A stretch of 64,000 bases of DNA. Source: Botryllus schlosseri. Its lineage: Eukaryota. The stretch lies in assembly GCA_051294905.1 (NCBI GenBank), contig CM119373.1, positions 8,556,001 to 8,620,000 of the forward strand, given 5' to 3'. The position numbers were made by a program, and so were the translations under genes. Of the stretch, positions 10,327-25,300 are shown piece after piece. How positions within the stretch are numbered: the stretch's first letter is position 1; each line of letters starts with the position of its first letter. The notes beneath the pieces are model-generated. The model searched no databases. It was not told the origin of the DNA and worked only from the letters and a program-made list of their open reading frames with translations.

Positions 10327-13300
10327 CTGAAAAAGGGAATTGCAATGCTTACGTTTACTCGGTGGCGTTCCGTTATCGTATCGTTTTAGAGGTATAATTG
10401 ATTACTTTCGGAATGGTCTCGTGACTGATCACAAGCCTGCTGTCTTTGCCTATTGCGAAACTATTGCAATTTATGCGACGTGGAAACGATGACGCGCGGG
10501 TATCTCTAATCACTGCATATAATAACTATATTGAATCGATGCCGAACTATTTGCAAAGCAGATTAGATCAATACGCCGGATTGGTTGAAAGCAGCGCAAT
10601 TCTAAAATACACATCAAATGATCAGTGATCACCAAGGAAAGTTTTTGCAGCTTTTGTTACTTTTTTTACAGCTTCCGACAGCTTCCTATTAGATACTCAG
10701 AGACCATGTGCTATGATGTGTTTGGAGGGATTTTATAGTGCAATTTTTCTCTATTTTTCATACCAATTTTTACTGCCACTTTTATCAAATGTGAAGAAGT
10801 GATTTAAAAACATGGTATAAACTATTTCTAGTATGGTTTTATTCTCTTTGATTTGCATAACAAGGAGCTATCTATGGGTTAGCTGCATCTCACAAAATCT
10901 ATGACACAATGGCTTGCATGCAAGAAGTTCGACTACCACTGCCAAGAATGACCGTTTCGTAATAATATGTAAATATATCGTTTTTAATTCAACAAAAATT
11001 ATAAATGCAACTTTTTACTGCAACTTTTTGCAGCGACTTTCCTCAAAATTAAGTGCAATTTGCTCTCGATTATAGTGCAACAAAAACTTGTCCTGGTGAG
11101 TGTTGATCACACTACCAAACCGTACCACAGATAATCTTGGATATAGATTTGAAAATTTAGGTCGGATTCGGGTATGCTTACTAGCTAAACTGGACTGTGG
11201 GTATGGACCAACAATTGATACAATCTTCGGGATTCACATAGCTAGCGTCTCGGGACTCAATTCAATTCAGTTTATTGTCAATAATTCTATCCTTTCGAAA
11301 CGCCACAAGAATTCTTGGATTATCTCTTATGTTAACAACTGTCGTGCAATATTAGGGTTACCAACTTCCTGCACAGCTCCCGTAATAACCGCCGGAGCGT
11401 CACTTCGGTGCTGATTTACGGCATATCAGCCGAATTTGGCTATATATATGGCCAAAATTCTCAACAAATAGGACAAAATCTGAAAAAGAGAACAAAAGGG
11501 CGTCCTCCGAGAACACTTTCAAAAAATTCAAAAAAGGGAACGAATCCTCTTAAAAGAGGACATATGGTAACCGTATCCAACAAGTCGAGACCAAGCTTTA
11601 CAGTCGAAGTGATTACTGATCAACATGATGGTATAATTATACTTCGAAATGAATGATGCCGGATATCATACTAAGAGCTGTAAACAATTTTATGTGTCAC
11701 ATTTCGTACCATGTACTGCTGAAAATCAGTAATACCTACAGGACGAAATTATCTCCGAAGAAAAGACACCGCGAGTTTTAGATTTAGAAATATAAGTTCA
11801 GACGTTCTTTGCTTATGGTAAAGTTCAGCCATCATCAGAACCTGACACAGACGTTAAATAACCCACCCCTGGATCGGGAGCCAGGTCGGGTAATTTGGAC
11901 AACCTATAAAGAGTTTCGACATGGTATAACAAATATTTCCTGAATGAGGAAACTGATGAGCTGCACGAAAAAACTCGTCTGTGGGTCCTTCCTTTAAGAC
12001 AATTTCGGCCTGACATTTGACGGAGTTGGAACAGGAGCCGGAGCTGTACGTGAAACTAAATCGGGGCTGGATCAGGAGCCGGAGCCAGAGCCAGTTACTT
12101 GAAAAATAGCTCCGGCTCCGATGTATTTCATATGATGCTATATGCTACTACTATTGGCTTAATTCACATCATTAAACTCCAGCCCTACACGAAATTAAAA
12201 ATGTTTGCCTCGTTGGCGCCACCATTACACCGGTATTTGATAAAGCTGGAGCTGTGTTCAATGAGCTTCGTAGTTGGAGCTTATTTATGATAAAATGTAG
12301 TTCCGGAACTGGAACTGCACAAATGCAGCATTTAGGCCTGTCTCAAAACCCCGGATTCAAGTACAACCACGAAAATCGAATTACCGGCGTGTCTTCGGCG
12401 GGCTTAAAAGTAAACTGGCGAAGAAGTTTTGCCATGGTGAATTTGATTTCTGTCAGCGCAAATCTCATCGCTATGCAATTTCTCGGTCCCGCTCCAAATG
12501 GCTGATATACCAGTGGGTCGATTTGGCTCATATCCCGCATCCTGTAGAAACGTCAAATGGTGAAGTTATCAGTTATATTAAGGTATATATCATTGATAAT
12601 GCCATTGAATAATGCACACGTAAGGATGAGAAACAGTCGAAAAAACATAGCAGAAGAGGTTGAAGAAGACGTAGATTTCCAAGACATATCGAAACTACTT
12701 GAAGTTGAAGACGAAAATGAGGGTATGAAATGTACTGAAGTAAGTAATAATGTAAACGAAAGTCCTGTAATTCGCCGCTTTTCACCCTTGCAGATTGGGT
12801 GTATAAACTCTATAAATCAGGTAAATGGTTCTTTCAAATTATGCTTTCACCTCCATCCAATGGGTGTAAGTGAATCAAATACACCAATTCTTATGGGGAT
12901 TTATCTCACAGGTGTAGTGGCTTCAATCTTCGTGCACGAGCCCATCAAATCCCGAACAGGTCATACACGGACACGTAAAATGAACTGCACTACTACCATT
13001 GCACCCATGATATATATGTATATATATATCCATAAGATTTAGCGTTTTACCGTATTTGAAATATTTTTACAAGACGAAATAGGTGTAAAATCACGATTTG
13101 TTACCTGAAAGTGCCGTTTGCCTGATTTACGCCCCACTCTAGGTTGAAAATCTGATAAATGCACCGATTTTGGAACACCTGGATATCCGTTTTTGTTTGA
13201 AAAAAAGTAGATTTGTTCGAGAGACCGCATACGTTTAGAAGTTGAGCATAGGAGGCTCATTACGAAATTACAAGGTGTATCCTCGCGACCACTGCTAAAC

Positions 13301-16300
13301 GATTAATGGCGCTGCAACTAGGTTTTTCGGAAATAAATTCAGTTACAGTGTTAAATGGGATACTTAACCCATAAGGCAGTGGTTCTCAACCGGGGGTCCG
13401 CGAAGCATTTCCAGGGTCCGCGAAACCTCTAAATTGGCAAATGATTGATAACCTAATTTATAATTTTCTAATTAGGAACACCACGTTGCAGTTTCGCTTC
13501 ATCACTGCTAAAACGTCAGGGCTCACATCAACAGAATGGCCGTCTGAGATGAAACATCGTACGTGAAATTCAATTTAATTGACAAATTGCCGATAGCTTA
13601 CTGATCAATCCGAACATTTTTCTGTTTAGAGAAATTTTATACGGGTTTGTGTAAAAAGAAAAAAAGTTGGAGTGGGTCAGGATGAATTAGGAATTCCAAA
13701 AGTTTTTTCCTAATCTGTTCGAATATTGGATTTTAAACGTCGTCATATTTTCTCCTGTGATATAGCCTACATATAACCAATGTTTCCTCTAATTTTTCAC
13801 GTGTATGCGCGCACTCACCAACTCACTGCGCGACCCTTGGACAACAGTGGGTAACGACTAAAATAAAGAATAAAATAAAAAGTCATCTCTTCGGATTTCT
13901 TGTGCGCAGCATAGATTTTCTGTGCGCAGAGACCGTGCCAGCACTGCGCAATTGCGCACGTACGCAGCTTAGAGGGGGAAATTGCATATAACCATTATTT
14001 CTGAATAACTTCGAGATGAGCTGCTGCACGTGATATGTTCATTACAATTCTAGCTGTTCCTCCATGTTGGTGCCATATATGTTGCGGTCATAGCCAAAGA
14101 TGTTGTCGTAACCGTTACGCGCTATCATTCGCCATCTTTTATAATTGTAAAAATGGATTTTCGGCACTCGTTCATATCAAATCGAAGGCCCGGATTATCA
14201 AGGAACTACCACCACCACATATTTCAATAAATGCAGTTGCAGGATTCGCTTCCAAATATTAAAAGTCTGCCCAATTTCTAAATATAGTACAATCTTATTT
14301 ACAAAAAAAAAACTGTCATCCTGTTGCTGCCTATACGCAGTTAATATTTGCACAAGGCAGATAACGGTTGAGTTAAATTTGAACTAAAACTTGTGGATGT
14401 CCGGGTCCGCGGGGGTCAGTAACGGTCCACAAGCGGTCCGCGGCGACAAAAAGGTTGAGAACCACTGCAATAAGGTATGGTAATTTCACTTGTAACGGCG
14501 ATTCAAATACAAAGTATGTTAAGTGAGTACATTTGCCTAGCAGTGCAAGTAATCTAAAACATAACCACCTGAGTAAGTAATCCAAGTAGAGTAAACCTAC
14601 TTGAGTACTCCGACAGATAAGGAGTGCTTCGTTATTGACTATCGCTGATAGCAACATACTTCAAATATAGACACATTACACTTTCGAATACTAAGTGTGC
14701 AGGCAGATATGCATCCTTATCTAGATCTACACCCGCGTCGAAAAAAGTGTATATGTACACCCGTTATATATGCGTGTGAATATACACTTTTTTCGCTGAG
14801 AGTGTAATACAGTGGTTCTCAACCTTTTTGTCTTCGCGGACCCCTTCCGGACTGTCACGGACCCCGCGGACCCCCAAGAAGCTTTAGATCAAATTTAGAT
14901 CAATTATCATGCAATCGCCATTTGCAAGTGATAGCTGTAGGCTGAGTTATAAAGAGCAACGAAATGACTTTTCTTGAAAATAAGATCATACTCTTCGTGT
15001 TGAAATTGGGATGACTTTTAATATTTCAAAGTAAATTCTGCAACTGCATATCCTCAAATGCGGGGTGGTGTCTTGAAAATACGCGCCTTCGGTTTGATAT
15101 GTACGAGTGCCGAAAATTCATTCCCACAATTTTAGGTTATGGCGAATGTAATAATAACGAGTAACGCTTCCGACGACACATTTGGGTATGATCGCAACAA
15201 ATATGGCACAAAAATTGAAAGGCGATTTTTTCAATGTACATACAACGTCAAGCCTGGTCATTTCTATCTAGCACAGGGGTGTCAAACATACGGCCTGTGG
15301 GCTGCATCCGGCTCGTCAGACCACTTCATCCGGCCCGCGAGGCCATTCTGAGTAGATTGAAAAAAATTAATCTCATTATCCGACAGATTTTTAACAGAAG
15401 TTGAGATTTTACTACTAAATAATTCGACGCAAATAATCCAACATATTTTTCACCACGAATAGGTCGGACCAACGACGCATATCCGTTGTCCAGTGACATT
15501 GTCCACTAAAACGGGCACAGAAATATTTCAACGATATCCTCGTTACAGCCACTCTTATAGTAGGTAATAAATGTATTCAATCGGCCAATTATCGTATTTT
15601 TGCCAATTCCATTGTTTGCGAATAACGTTGTTGCTGGAATAAAGTGGGCCCACATATTCCGTGATATCAATAAAGCATTCCAGTGAAAAGCAAAGATATG
15701 GATGTCGACATAGCATATTGAAATTATTTGACTGGTCCGGTCCGCGAGTGACTAAAACTCCACAAAACATTTTCAAACAGCAAAATGTTTGTATCAGTAG
15801 GCTATTGGCAATTTTGGGATTAAAATGAGCCCGCACAGTACGATATTGCATCTCAGACGGCCATACTGTTGATGTGAGCTCTGGAGTTTTACTAGTAATG
15901 AAGCGAAACCGTGCCACGTGATTTCCCGATTAAAAAAATACAAATTAGGTTATTAAATATTTTGAGGCTTCGCGGACCCCCTGAAAATGCTTCGCGGACC
16001 CCCGGTTGAGAACCACTGGTGTAATACATATTATCCGTCACAGTTATCACTTAATCGTACCGCTCTGGATTGAACACCATTGGCTCGTCCCAATACTCTG
16101 GGTCGTGTGCGAGAGCGTAACTTGGTATATTGATCATGGTTCCTTTGGGTATTGTGAAACCGTTTATTGTGATTTGCTCGTCGCAGAGTCGCATGTTCCT
16201 GGAAAATAGAAGACAGCGGATAGTACTAGCAATACCTTCGTATCTACTGTATGCTGTTACCTTGTCCCCGTGCCGTATAATCGAAGAGTTTCGTTGACGC

Positions 16301-19300
16301 ACATCTCCAGATATTTCATGTTGTTAACGTTGTCGTAGTCAAACTTACCCTGCGAAACATATTTTATTATCTCGCGAATCTAACTTCCACAAACTAATGG
16401 ATTTTTAAAATGCGCAACTAGAACTAGAGCTAACGCCCTCTTAAAATCCGACACCAACTAACCACTACGCTAACAACTTGATTAAAATCCGAAACAACTC
16501 AATAATTGATTGTTATTATTAATTAATTTCATTGACTAATTTAATTGAAATCATTAATTGATGAACTGTACAATACTGAATTGCAAAGGAGCCAAGAAAT
16601 ATTGGGGGTGGAATCGGCAATGCAAAAGGAAGGGGTTTCGAGTTTGAAATGAGAGGTTTTCGACCCCCCAAACCCATACCTGGCTAAGCCACTTTAAGTA
16701 GTGAAGACTCAGACCCAGAAATGACTGCAAGAACATCACACAACGTAACACCGGTATCTCGATTTATGCCAATTGATGACAAGTGCTTTCTGGTTGTTCG
16801 GCAACAATATTTTTAATGCGCAATTAGAACTATAATTACTCGCTTTTGAAAATGAACAACTAGAACTTGAACTCTTATATGCAATAGTTAGTTGACCGTA
16901 GGGCTACCATAAGTCCTCCCTTAGGAGGATTTGTCCTCATTTTTCATGAAATTGGAAATGTCCTCCGAGGACGCCTAAATGTCCTCATTTTTGAAAATTT
17001 ACAGCTCTACAGCTTTTACACCTAGGCTAACAGACAGGGCCAAGTGAAATTCGGCGTAAATGACGTGAAATAGGTAATGCGGGCGTTTGGGCGGGTCATT
17101 CGGGAGTTGACCTTTTTACTTTATTTTTAGTCAACACCACAAAAGTATCGAAAAAAGTGGGTAATCCGGGAGTTGAGACGAAGTGATGACCTTTTTTTAG
17201 TCAACAAAACAAGATTTCCAGTAAATATTTCAAAGTCAGTTGTTTTCAATTTCGTTAAACTAACTTTTATGATTAGATGAAATTGTTCTCCTTTCCCGAT
17301 TCCAAATTATGGTAAACCTAGTTCATAGTCAACTTACTAAATTGTTCGTTCGTACAAGTCTGGTACTGACCGATTTTTTCAAAGTCTCGTCAATTTCATT
17401 TTGTAGTTTTTCCTGTACATCCGGGTTCTGAGCCAAACTGTAAGCCATAACGTTCATGGTGCCGCCTGTGGTTTCGTAGCCGGCGAGAATCATTAGGATG
17501 GAGTTTCCCACGATTTCGTTTGGCTCCATGCCTGAGAAAATAAGACAGGACGGTGGCGCCGTTCAAAGCCGAATAATTTGAAGACGAATACTTTCTGACC
17601 TTCCACGGGTCAACGTTAAACGCTATCTATAGTATCTATTGCAGGGGTGGCCAACCTTTTCGGCCATAGGCCCACACGCAAATGACGATTAGGTTTAATC
17701 TTCGTCGGTCTTTCTGCGAGTGAAAGCACAAGGTCGCATGCTGGACGACTCTTTCTCTCGTAATCGCGAGTATAGTTAGACTCAATCTGGTAAATGCGGC
17801 GTTTTTGTTATTTTCAGGAGGAGGTAAGAACATTAAAAGCAAGAAATCGAGTGCCAACATATTGCACGAAGCGTAAAGGAAATTATTACGTTAGAATGTT
17901 AGATAAATCTACCGCAAAAGATCCTACTTTATTGTAATGTACGAAGATTGATCAAAAATATGACTGATCCATGGATCTGCCAATGCGTCAGAACGGATAT
18001 TTTAGTCAACAACATCTTAAGTGTTGCGGCCAGACTGAATAAATTTTCGGCTGGCATTGCAAGTTCACAATCTGGGCAATTCATCTTTGATGATATTACT
18101 AATTTTGAAAACTACCTCGTGGGCTACGGGTTGGCCACCCCTGCCCTAATGAGACAACTAGAATCACCCAGTTTTCTGATTCTGGCTATGCGGTATTACA
18201 TCACAGGAACTATGCTCAGCGCAAAGCAGTTATTGTATTTTCAGGTATTCATAGTGTTTAGACCAGAGGTCTCAAACACGCGGCCCGCGACGACATTTTA
18301 TATTTTTATTAATTTGACAATATATAAGTGTCACATATATCTCTTCAGGTTATAAACTGAAAATTCCCTCTTAAATTGTGCCAAAATCCTGAAACCATTC
18401 ATCAAACTTCACCATCTCATCAATTTCAAACGCTACCATGCAGTGGAAGATTCACTATTTCGCCACATTTCCAATTCATGATGACAAAACCTGACCCTTA
18501 GACGATTCCTGACCGAAATTTATGAGTGGGGCTTGGACGCGACCTTTCTTAGAATTATTCAGACTCGGGGTAACTCGATGGCAAAATGAAAATGACTCGA
18601 GTGGACTCGGAATGCCGTGAATTTGTTTGAACCATGGACGGAACAAAGTAATCGCGTACCATGAGAATAGTAATAGATCAGAAGGTCGCAGCTTGGTGTT
18701 TCGCTAACTAAGCAAGTAGTTATGGCAACCATTGGCAATCTTTTAGTCACATCTTTTGTCACTAAACCATGCTATTAAGGCCACTTAAAGGTACCGAGTA
18801 CCGTATTGGTACGCCCCAACGATGTAACAATAATGGGCCGTTCGGCGTTCCGATATTTCAATCACTAGGACACATTCATTAATATATTTATATTATATTT
18901 ATATTTTTTTCAGCTCCTATATTTGAAGAGGCCTATTTGGCCATGAGATTAATAGCCTACTTATCAGAAGTATACCCGAATCCTGGACTGGAATTACAAT
19001 GCTCAGCTTAAAAATGTTTTGATATCAGATCAGTCTCGAGTATCCTGTTAAATTCATGCTGCAAAATTATAACCCGATAGCTCTTATGATGGCATCTTAC
19101 ATTTGTCCGCCCATATGGTGTCTATATCTTATAATTAATATATATCAAGTACAACAACAATTCGATTCAAATAGTTATAAATGTCATGATTCTTTTCGTG
19201 TCAGGCTTAAATTGATACAAGAGTAAATCACATTTTGTAGATGTGTGTTTACTGTCAGTCTGCTGGATCGGCTCACTTTCAATAGGACAATTCATTCCCG

Positions 19301-22300
19301 CCAAATAAGTCCTACTTGGAAAGACATAGAATACCCCTATAAATGCTGCGGCCCGCGGCGTCGTCAAAACTGGAAAACTGGCCCGCGAGCACATTTGAGT
19401 TTGAGACCTCTGGTTTAGACAATACACTTTCCAGGCCGATATTCTTTCCTATGAATCCTGGTCTACCGACTTCTAAAGGTGGGAGAGTCGCGCGTGGGCG
19501 ATAGAGAGTTCGAACGCGAGCGATAATGGGTTGTGATTTAGATTCCGTGGTTAATGCTAGAATTTAGAACCTCGGCTTAAAGCTTAGAGCATGAAAGGAA
19601 ACCTTTAAAATCGCCATAGTCACCTAAACTGTGTAGGATAGTGGTTCTCAACCATTTCGTCTTCGCAGACCCCTTTTGGACCGTCGCAGACCTTCGCGGA
19701 CCCCTTCAAGTTTTCACTCAAAATTAGCTCAATTATCGTGCAACCGTCATTTGTCCTTTGTAAATATTAATTGTAGGCTACTGATAAACAGCCACAAATT
19801 GACTTTCATTGAAAATAACACCACGTTATATGTAGAAATTGGGTAGACTCCTAATATTTCGAAGCAAATTTTACAGCTGTATTTATTGTCGTGGAAATAC
19901 TCGTCTTCGATTTGATATGAACGAGTGCTGAAAATCCATTTTCACAAAGATAGGTGGTGGCGAATGTAATATTACCGCGAAACGCTTCCGATGACAGCTT
20001 TTATTGTGAGTTTTTAATGAACATATCACGTCCAGCCTAGTCATTCCTATCCAGCATCCAGAGGTGGTCAGTAACGAAGTACTTCTACTTTTTCGAAGTA
20101 CTCAAGTAGTTTTCCTCTACTTCTGGAACTTACTCAATTAGATCTGATTTTCGCTACTTCTACTTCTACTTCGTGATATTTTGTGATCTACTTACTTACT
20201 TTTCGCTATTTTCAGTTTATCAAGTAGAAGTAGTTTAATCCTCCAATAAGAAAGATAAGCTGAGGAATTTAGGAGCTGTTTCCACGGAGTAGCAACATTT
20301 AATTTTCATAAAAGTCAAGTAAAGCCCAGAAATATTTTTGCGCTTCGCGCACAGTAGTTATAGAGTGACAAATATGTTTCTGCAAAAGTATTGGTGAATA
20401 TAATTTAGGTACCGAATATTTCATCACAGTAAATATGGCCCACCATAACGCTTGAAACTACTGTTTCGCAATCTGGCAATTACCAATCATATCGTTATCT
20501 AGCAGCCCGTGACGTATGCCAATCTGAGCAAATGGAGTCTGGCTTTTTTTAAGGTTACACCTGTTTTAACAGACCACCCTTGAAACTTTCTTTTTTGAAA
20601 CGTGGTATTTGTATTTCTCATTCAATTCCGAGAATCATACTTTGAGTTTTAATTACTTTCAGTTCTTTTGTCTGCAGAACATAGATGTTGAAGTATAAAA
20701 TCAAGTGTAGTAATGCCTCTATTTTCCGAAAATAAAGCTACACTATGGTAATTTTACGATCCACCATATTTTTTATTAACGTAGTTAATAAAACGTTGTC
20801 AGTCCACGCAAACGAATTACGCGGCGAGTTTTCAATTCCTTCATTGGGACGGATCAAGAAAAAAAATCAGGAATCTCTATTTCAAACGACCCTCTACTAA
20901 TTTGCTGAGACTGACAACTTCAAATCCAAAATGTTTTGTAAACATTTCGAAGTCACCCTATTTAACCTTGCTATCTCCAACATTTCATTTTTCCACAATC
21001 CCCAACAAAACAACTTTAAGCAGGAATATGTTTGCATTGGCAGGCAATTGGCAATTTGACCATTAAAATGATTTTGCGCAATCGGATATTTCATCTCAGA
21101 CGACCATTTTAACGATGCGAGTCAGAAAGTTTGAGCAATTATGAAGCGAAACTGTTTCATGCTTTATCTAATTAAAAAAATACAAACTAGGTTATCAATA
21201 ATTTTACAACTTTAGAGGTTTCGCGGACCCCCTGAAAATGCTTCGCGGACCCCCGGTTGAGAACCTCTGGTGTAGGAGGTACTTACTAAGACAAAGTCGA
21301 GAGATATTGTGGACCATGTGCTATAAGTCGACCGGTATTATGGATTCATTTATAAACAGTTAAGACTCGACTCGACTGGAGTCATTTTCTTAAAATACAG
21401 AAATGACTCTGCTCGTCTTGAATGAATCTGTTGATCGACTCCACTTGTACTCGATTCATTGTGCACGACTCAGACCAAGTCATATGACGCGATACTCGAA
21501 CTATCACAGTGGTTCCCAACCGGGGGGGAAATTCCCCCTTGTGGGGAGTTTTGAAATTTTTAGGGGGGAATCTGGCTTATTTTTTTAGGGGAAATCTGGC
21601 TTTGGCACTGGATCGGAAGATACACTGGGTTCACAAGGTTATTAGATTTTTATGGTATAGAACTGTTAAGTAGAAATTAGTTCTTTACAATTGTATGTTT
21701 CTTTGGCGTATTTCATACTAGGTGTATGTTTAAATGCCTTCTGTATATATTGCCCCCCCCCCCCCCGCCCCGCCCGATAAAGTGAGGCTCACGCGACGAT
21801 TTCTTTGGGTCCGCGACAGCCTCTCGACCAAATTGCTACTAAGCAATCATTATATTATGAATGCGAAGCTCTCGATATAACCAAGCAGTGTTGTAAAAGT
21901 GGGTTTCATAAGACGTTACCGCGAAACTGAACAGTCAACACAATGACTTGGACTCAGACTCGGCCCGTTGCTTCCTGACTAGGAATCAGACGGGATTAAG
22001 CCCCGGTATCGTGGTCCGAACGGTCCAACCATCAGACCGCTATCGGGTGCAATTGACTGTATGATCTACATCAGGGGTGTCACACTCAACTGACGTCGCG
22101 GGCCGGATTCAACACTTCAGATCGCTCGCGGGCCGCACCAAACTTCCTCAATCCCAGAATATCTTAAAATCCATGCTCTTATTTTTTATTTGAATACTTC
22201 ATTAACTAGCTATATACACAATAGTATATTACATTATATTAGGAATCATTGCGTTTCTATTGTAACAGCACCTTTTATTCGCAAACAGTGGAATTGGTAA

Positions 22301-25300
22301 TAATACGATGATTGGGCGGCTGAATACAGTTATAGCCGATAAAACAGTGGCTCTAACGATGACAAGTTGGCATATTTCCTTCGTTTTAGTGATATATTGG
22401 CATCAACCCTGCGTATGCGTTGTGAGGAATGCGAAAGAATCAACTGTAAACGCGGACGCTGGAATTTGCTGCATAGTATTATATCGCGATTGGGGTTTCT
22501 TTCGTGGCTGGAGAGTGGAGAGTTGGAGACCTCTAATATATTTTCCACGTAACCTGAATGCCAGGATTCTAGGCGTTTTCACTCCTGTGCATAACTAGTT
22601 TTTGGTCAGTGAAATGAATTCACACATTATTGCCTTCTCGGAATTAGGTGTCAATGTCAGCGACCTGCTCCTAATGATGAGTAAAAACCACAACATCGCA
22701 GTCGGGTGGATTTAATGTGGCCTATAAACACACTCGACATGTGCTATCTTGATAGACTATTTAATGGAAGTATTTTTTACTAAAAATCTCATCATTTGTT
22801 AGAAATGTGCTCAATAATACATGCATTTTTCTATCTACTCGGAATTGCTTAGCGGGCCGTATGTTTGACACCCCTGATCTACATCATCGACAAATAAGTT
22901 GGTTATAATCGTGAAAAATAATGTAAAAGTATTGACATGGACGGTTCTGCGGATCGTTCGTGGGATATCGCCATAAACATCTCTATAAGTCACGTTACCT
23001 TTCTCGAATTTCTCCGATTTCGCATGTTCTTCGGATATCTCATTTTCGAGCATCAGCTGGAGGATATCCACTCGATCCCTCTGAAATCGAAAACAAAATA
23101 AGAATATCAGCCGCGTGCTGTCAGGCTTGGTTCAAGCATCAGGAAATAACGCGTAAGCGGCAGTTTCGATGACTTGACTGACGCAGAGTTGGGCGATTAT
23201 AAGATATTCAGCTATTCCAAATTAGATTAGAATAAGAATTACATAATCCGCCAAAACTTGGAAATTGAATGAAATTCCAAAATAAAAATAAATACTACAA
23301 ATAACAAGTTCAGCTCATATCAAATCAGATGACGTTTACTTCCGTAAACCCAGCAAAACTCTCTTCGCACTATTGTACCTAGGGCTGTTCAAAAATAACT
23401 TTTTTTCCGGATTCCATCCGTTCACTGATTAAATTGTCAGGTTACCCTAAAAACCTCTGCACATTATCCACCAATCAAGGATGATCCGAGAATTATCAAC
23501 GATAAACTCAAATAACTCCGCTTCTACTAGTTGGAATTGAGTTAAATTTGTTGTGCATCGTCTTTGAAGACAGCTCAACATAGATTTCTTTAACTTGTCT
23601 TGATATAATAAAAATTTGAAGTGACTCTGCGGCGGCTTGTACTTGTTAGAATTGAACCAAATTTGGCGTGCAGCGTTTTTAGGTTAACCTGACAATTTCA
23701 TCAGTGAATGGCTGGAATCCGGAAAAAAAGTTATTTTCAACAGCTGTCCTGTAGCATTTTCAGGAAAATCATAGACGACATAATAATTAATATCAGACCA
23801 ATCAAACATGTCCGAAGTGTACCCAAACTCTTTGAGGCACTGTCCGATCAATGTCAATAGAGATAGCCAATAATACAATGCGAGATAATACAAATTTTGT
23901 GGATGAGGCGTGGTGTCCATCTATAGCAGTGGTTTTCGGTCATTTTATGGTCGCGACTCAGTTTTCGATTTGAGAATGTTCCGCTAGCCACATTTAAATT
24001 ATGTAAGCTCAATACTAATAAAAAGGTCAAAACCCTCGCTTAAACTTATTCACGACAAGCTGATTACCCAAACAAAGTAGGTCACCACTTTCGTTACCTC
24101 CGGAGAAACGGCAAACAGCCACAGGTTGAAAACCGTTGATCTACAGATTCGAAACACCAAGCGCGCTTTGAAATGCAGCGAGAATATGATGATTTGCCGT
24201 CACACGATTCGATTTGCAACGTAATAAAATATTCACCAAAGTAGGATCCTCTTTTCGTTGATGTATCACTTTATTTACGAGGGACGTGAAATACGTCACA
24301 GATTTTCTGGCAAACAGGGAAATATTGAAGTACGTTATCATCCATTCAAACGGCGGGAAGATCACTGGAAACATAATATAGCAGTTTTTGCAGTTGCTTT
24401 CAAAGTACGAATGTACAGGTAGTGGGGTGTGTAATGACATTCGAACATTGATAAATTGACTCATTTTACGCGAGAACATTTCTATCTCATAAGATATCGG
24501 GAATGTACTCGGATAGACAGGTTGAAAAAGTAGATCTGGATACCGCGGTTCAAATTTGCAATCGACGGTTGAGTACTTTCAAAAATTAAGAGATGCATCT
24601 TTGCCTCATACGCAGATTATTATTATTATTATTATTATTTCACATTTTACAGTGGTGCTTCTCGCCTTTTTCAGGCTATGTGCACCACGACACGAATATT
24701 TGTAATGTTCATAAGTCTTTATCTTTGTGGTAATCTTGGGGACGACTTCTTCAACCTTTCGCACACCCAGACGTCAGTCTCTCTCGCACCTATGCGTCCC
24801 CGTCGAGATCTTTGCTGCCGACTTCTAGCACGGCTCACTTTCAATCTGGGCTTTTCAATGCACTGCAACTGCAGTGACGTGCCTCATACGCAGATGAAAA
24901 TGACACTATACAAATTGGCGCTACAAATGGTCGCTGACACATAGGGGCTACTTCGACCAGGTTTTATGACAATTTCCTTCGCAATCATGAAGTAGTGTAA
25001 GTAGAGGTTGAGCGAAGAGTTTATCACGTCGTTACTGACCGCAATTGATCGATTCTATATCTAGGTGTAGTTAGATTCTCTAGCGCCAATGAGCTCTAAG
25101 CAAACATACACCGTGACTCGAACTTTTGATAGAAGCCTTAGTGCGGGCAGATCGACAAATCTCTGGCCCGTCTCCGCACCCGTTTTTTGCTCCGACTCCT
25201 CCGAGTTCGCCGTTTTTTGCTCCGACTCCTAGGCCGGATTCTTGAAATGACCGAGATGCGATCCGAAAAACTACGATAATAATCATCTACGAGTACTTAA

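Noticed and set aside
11945-11990. CTGATGAG...CGAAA as another hammerhead
   Set aside because: No stem III and no stem I complement after a UH site; other CTGATGA hits (26368, 33946, 50230, 54558, 55682) also lack the fold
12557-13042. 161-aa plus-strand ORF (longest in the track) as a nested gene
   Set aside because: No recognisable domain, low-complexity acidic patch, ends in a TA microsatellite, antisense within CYP intron 11; no support without expression data
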